Positions 61,538 through 64,000 of a stretch of DNA of 64,000 nucleotides are shown here, piece by piece. Under the pieces are notes generated by a model. The model made no database searches. It was not told the DNA's origin and saw only the letters and a list, made by a program, of their open reading frames with translations. The translations under genes were made by a program, and so were the position numbers. Position 1 is the first letter of the stretch; each line of letters opens with the position of its first letter. Source of the DNA: an uncultured Lentisphaeria bacterium (lineage in GTDB: Bacteria; Verrucomicrobiota; Lentisphaeria; Victivallales; Victivallaceae); assembly GCA_937888615.1 (NCBI GenBank), contig CALABZ010000086.1, positions 342 through 64,341 of the forward strand. The letters are read 5' to 3'.

Positions 61538-62824
61538 TCAGAGGTTGCCTTTCAACAGTTCGGCGGCTTCACGGCTGCCGTTCTCGGCGGCCTGGTGAAG
61601 CCATTCGAGCCCGGTCTTCTCGTCTTTGGCGGTGCCTACACCGTAATAGTGGCACAGCCCCAACTGAAGCTGGGCCCGATTGTCTTTGGCCGCGGCGGCC
61701 TGTTTGAACCAGAAAAAAGCCGCCGACTCGTCTTTCGGCATGACATCCCCTTTCAAGTAATACAGTCCGACATTGTATTGGCCGTGTGTATTGCCGCGCT
61801 TGGCCGATTCGAGGAACATGTCAAAAGCCCCCTTCGGGTTTTTATCCATCCCGATCCCTTCAGCCGCATAGACGCCGAGTTTGAAAAAAGCGAATGAATT
61901 GCCCTTGGACGCACTCCGCCGGAGCCATTCCAATGACTGCGGAATATCGACGGGCATATACATGCCGGAAGCACAATAATCAGCCATTTTCACCTCGGAC
62001 ATCGAATCCCCAAGCCGAGCGGCCCGGCGGAAATATTCAAAAGCCTTCTGCGCGTCCGGGACTGCGCCGACGCCGACTTCATAGCAGTGCGCCAGCTTCG
62101 CCATCGCTTCACGGTCATCCCGCGCGGCGGCTTTCTCCAGCCAAAACAACATTTTGGCCTCGTCCTTTTCGCATCCCCAGCCGCCGAACCAGCAGTCGGC
62201 CAACAGCCGCATGGCATCACAGTCCCCGGCTTCGGCGGCTTCATTCAGGAGGTCAAATGCGCGGGCGGTTTCTTTCGGATCGCGTTCGGCGACCGGCTTG
62301 TTCAGCAACATGTCGGCGCGGGCACGCTTGGCCGGGACATAATTCTGGCGGATCAATTCTTCGAGGAGGGCTTCGGCACGGGCGCGATCGGGCATAACGG
62401 CAGGAAATTTCTCATCTCCGCAGGTTTCGGCGGGAATCCCGGTCAGGTACGTCAGCGCCATGTTGAAACGCGCCCCGGCAAGCCCCTTGTCCGCAGCCTG
62501 TTTGTAATACATGAACGCCTGATAGAGACTCTGCCGGACTCCAACACCACGCTCGTAACAAATCGCCATATTGAAAACCGCCTGCGGATGTCCCTGCGCC
62601 GCCGCCAACCGGTACCAGTAAGCGGCGATGGTGAAGTTGCGGACACGCCCGGTGTCGCCGTAAAAATATTCGTTGCCGAGCCGCCACTGGGCGTTGGCAT
62701 CGCCCTCCCGGGCTTTGCGGCGCAGTTCATCAACGGGTGAACCGTCGGGATCTTTCACCTGGGCTCCGAGCGAAAAGGCACCGGCAAGCAACAGAAAGGC
62801 GAAAATGGTCCGGCAGAAACCCAT
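61538..62824 (-). CDS. Sel1-like repeat (SLR/TPR) protein with a signal peptide
   Basis: The start is moved to MGFCRTIFAFLLLAGAFSLGA. There are more than 8 repeats of the GDANAQWRLGNEYFYG...A..WYRLAAAQGH type. Confidence 0.85.
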   Translation of the reverse strand: MGFCRTIFAFLLLAGAFSLGAQVKDPDGSPVDELRRKAREGDANAQWRLGNEYFYGDTGRVRNFTIAAYWYRLAAAQGHPQAVFNMAICYERGVGVRQSLYQAFMYYKQAADKGLAGARFNMALTYLTGIPAETCGDEKFPAVMPDRARAEALLEELIRQNYVPAKRARADMLLNKPVAERDPKETARAFDLLNEAAEAGDCDAMRLLADCWFGGWGCEKDEAKMLFWLEKAAARDDREAMAKLAHCYEVGVGAVPDAQKAFEYFRRAARLGDSMSEVKMADYCASGMYMPVDIPQSLEWLRRSASKGNSFAFFKLGVYAAEGIGMDKNPKGAFDMFLESAKRGNTHGQYNVGLYYLKGDVMPKDESAAFFWFKQAAAAKDNRAQLQLGLCHYYGVGTAKDEKTGLEWLHQAAENGSREAAELLKGNL

Positions 62825-62831
62825 CGCGGTC

Positions 62832-63881
62832 TTATTGATGATCAAGCTCGGCTTTGAGCGCGGCGATTTTAGCCTCAAGATCTTTGACCTTGTCGCTCAG
62901 TCGATTAAATTTCTTGGGCAAAGCATGGCGGAACAGAAAGTCGCGCTGGGGTTCTGCGGGAAGCCCGAGCAGAATCGACTGCGGCGGACAGCTCTTGGAA
63001 GCCGCGGAGGTGGCCGCCAGCTTGGTTCCGGCTCCCAACGTGATATGTCCGTTCACGCCGGACTGGGCCGCCAGGATTACGCCTTGTTCCAGTTCGGCGC
63101 TGCCGGCGATGCCGCACTGGGCGATCAGGATTGAATATTCGCCCACGACCACATTATGCGCGACCATGACCATGTTGTCAATCTTCACGTCGTGTTTGAT
63201 CCAGGTACGGCCGAAGCGGGCGCGGTCCACGGTGGAGTTGGCGCCGATTTCGACGTTGTCGTCGATCTGGACAATTCCGGTCTGCGGCACTTTGACGATG
63301 CCTTTGTCGGTGAACTGATAACCGAAACCGTCGGCTCCGATCACTACGCCGGGATGCAGAATAATATTATTGCCGAGCTTGCAACGATGCATAATGGAGA
63401 CATTGGGGTAGATGAGACACTTGTTGCCGACCGTGGTCTTTTCGCCAATGTAACAACCGGCACCGATGACGGTGCCGTCGCCGATCATCACATCGTCAGC
63501 GATTACCGCGTTCGAGCCGATATGCACACCGGCGCCGATTTTCGCGCTTGGCGAAACCACCGCGCCGGGCTGAATACCGGGGGCATACATCACCGGTTCC
63601 GGGGCAAAAAACGTCAGGATTTCGGAAAAAGCGGCATCGACATTGTCACAGACGATCAAGGTTTTGTCGGCGGCACCGGCTTCGGCCAATCCTTTGCCGA
63701 CGAGCACCACGCCCGCCTTGGAGGCGGTAAGCTGGGCGCTGTAATGATCATTGCCGACGAATGACAACTGTTCCGCCGTCGCTTCCTTTATCGAATTAAC
63801 GCCGGTAACGACCCGCGCCGGATCTCCGGCCAGCGTGCCTTTTACCATATCGGCGATTTCCTGTGCCGTCATCTGCTTCAT
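62832..63881 (-). CDS. lpxD: UDP-3-O-acylglucosamine N-acyltransferase
   Basis: N-terminal domain ...LSFVGNDHYSAQLTASKAGVVLV, then left-handed beta-helix hexapeptide repeats (IGAGVHIGSNAVIADDVMIGDGTVIGAGCYIG...) and a C-terminal helix. Confidence 0.93.
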   Translation of the reverse strand: MKQMTAQEIADMVKGTLAGDPARVVTGVNSIKEATAEQLSFVGNDHYSAQLTASKAGVVLVGKGLAEAGAADKTLIVCDNVDAAFSEILTFFAPEPVMYAPGIQPGAVVSPSAKIGAGVHIGSNAVIADDVMIGDGTVIGAGCYIGEKTTVGNKCLIYPNVSIMHRCKLGNNIILHPGVVIGADGFGYQFTDKGIVKVPQTGIVQIDDNVEIGANSTVDRARFGRTWIKHDVKIDNMVMVAHNVVVGEYSILIAQCGIAGSAELEQGVILAAQSGVNGHITLGAGTKLAATSAASKSCPPQSILLGLPAEPQRDFLFRHALPKKFNRLSDKVKDLEAKIAALKAELDHQ

Positions 63882-63898
63882 AATGTCTCCTCGTTTGA

Positions 63899-64000
63899 TT
63901 ATTTGCTGCCGTCGGCGGCGCCGCGGTTCAGTTCGCGCAGCACGGCTTCGGTAATGTCCAATGTATTCTGGTAAAATACGACCGCAGAAATATTGTTGGT
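63899..64000 (-). CDS. skp: OmpH/Skp-like periplasmic chaperone, 3' end only (partial; not in the ORF track)
   Basis: Hand translation gives ...TNNISAVVFYQNTLDITEAVLRELNRGAADGSK-stop. The position immediately upstream of lpxD fits the conserved skp-lpxD arrangement. Confidence 0.5.
   Translation of the reverse strand, partial: TNNISAVVFYQNTLDITEAVLRELNRGAADGSK

Noticed and set aside
1-64000. CRISPR arrays, rRNA, tRNA or tmRNA genes
   Set aside because: Every intergenic gap over 100 bp was read by eye: 1901-2025, 4553-4831, 12021-12142, 16730-16888, 22989-23446, 34395-34631, 40950-41062, 43073-43193, 50649-50813, 52161-52352 and 56788-56928. No regularly spaced repeats, cloverleaf-compatible arms or rRNA-like sequence were noticed. 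tRNAscan and Rfam scans would be needed for certainty.

Overview
This is a 64-kb window of a moderately GC-rich bacterial chromosome. Hand counts of single 60-nt lines give about 55-62% GC in most regions and about 42-43% between roughly 4.8 and 12.1 kb. I call about 58 protein-coding genes. I saw no rRNA, tRNA or CRISPR array by eye. Three prepilin-type proteins share the leader [24 protein letters not shown] and a (H/N)-X9-DG C-terminus. Each sits beside a giant secreted LamG/CBM9-like protein, which suggests a PVC-superphylum host (Lentisphaerota/Verrucomicrobiota/Planctomycetota-like); this is inference only.

Layout from left to right:
- 1-4.6 kb: the end of a phage-like tail-fibre module. 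It holds two LamG proteins (one of them missing from the ORF track), an 804-aa collagen-like tail fibre with internal duplications, and a 35-aa ORF.
- 4.8-12.1 kb: an AT-richer glycan-type operon (secreted jelly-roll protein, 880-aa secreted protein, pseudopilin, 604-aa protein). An IS630-family element with a frameshifted transposase interrupts it, and an AraC regulator lies divergent to it.
- 13-23 kb: esterases, rhamnose mutarotase, a six-hairpin GH-like protein, a pseudopilin, a 1477-aa secreted protein and a LacI regulator.
- 23.4-33.9 kb: a tightly packed operon of three SPFH (HflK/C-like) paralogs, a His-rich P1B-type ATPase, an ABC ATPase, a permease-like protein and a membrane-anchored helical protein.
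- 34-50.6 kb: housekeeping and miscellaneous genes. These include Rrf2, a flavoprotein, thiS-thiF-nadA-mnmA, a CE7-like esterase, a nitroreductase, purQ, HD, LOG, an O-antigen-ligase-like protein, recO, recX, an amidohydrolase, a truncated aconitase-like protein, a prepilin peptidase and a HydE-like radical-SAM/AroE fusion.
- 50.7-56.8 kb: a PAS/sigma-54 activator, twin palindromic upstream sites and a consensus -24/-12 promoter. These drive an operon of NifX-like, DUF5320-like, ferredoxin-inserted MinD-type ATPase (two copies), Mrp-NifX fusion and thioesterase genes.
- 56.9-61.5 kb: a third LacI-pseudopilin-giant secreted protein cassette.
- 61.5-64 kb: a Sel1-repeat protein, lpxD and the 3' end of skp.

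My best candidates for an undescribed system are the sigma-54-gated metallocluster-carrier operon, the SPFH-triad/metal-ATPase/ABC operon, and the recurring regulator-pseudopilin-giant exoprotein cassettes.

All family assignments come from motif recognition by eye. No searches were run.
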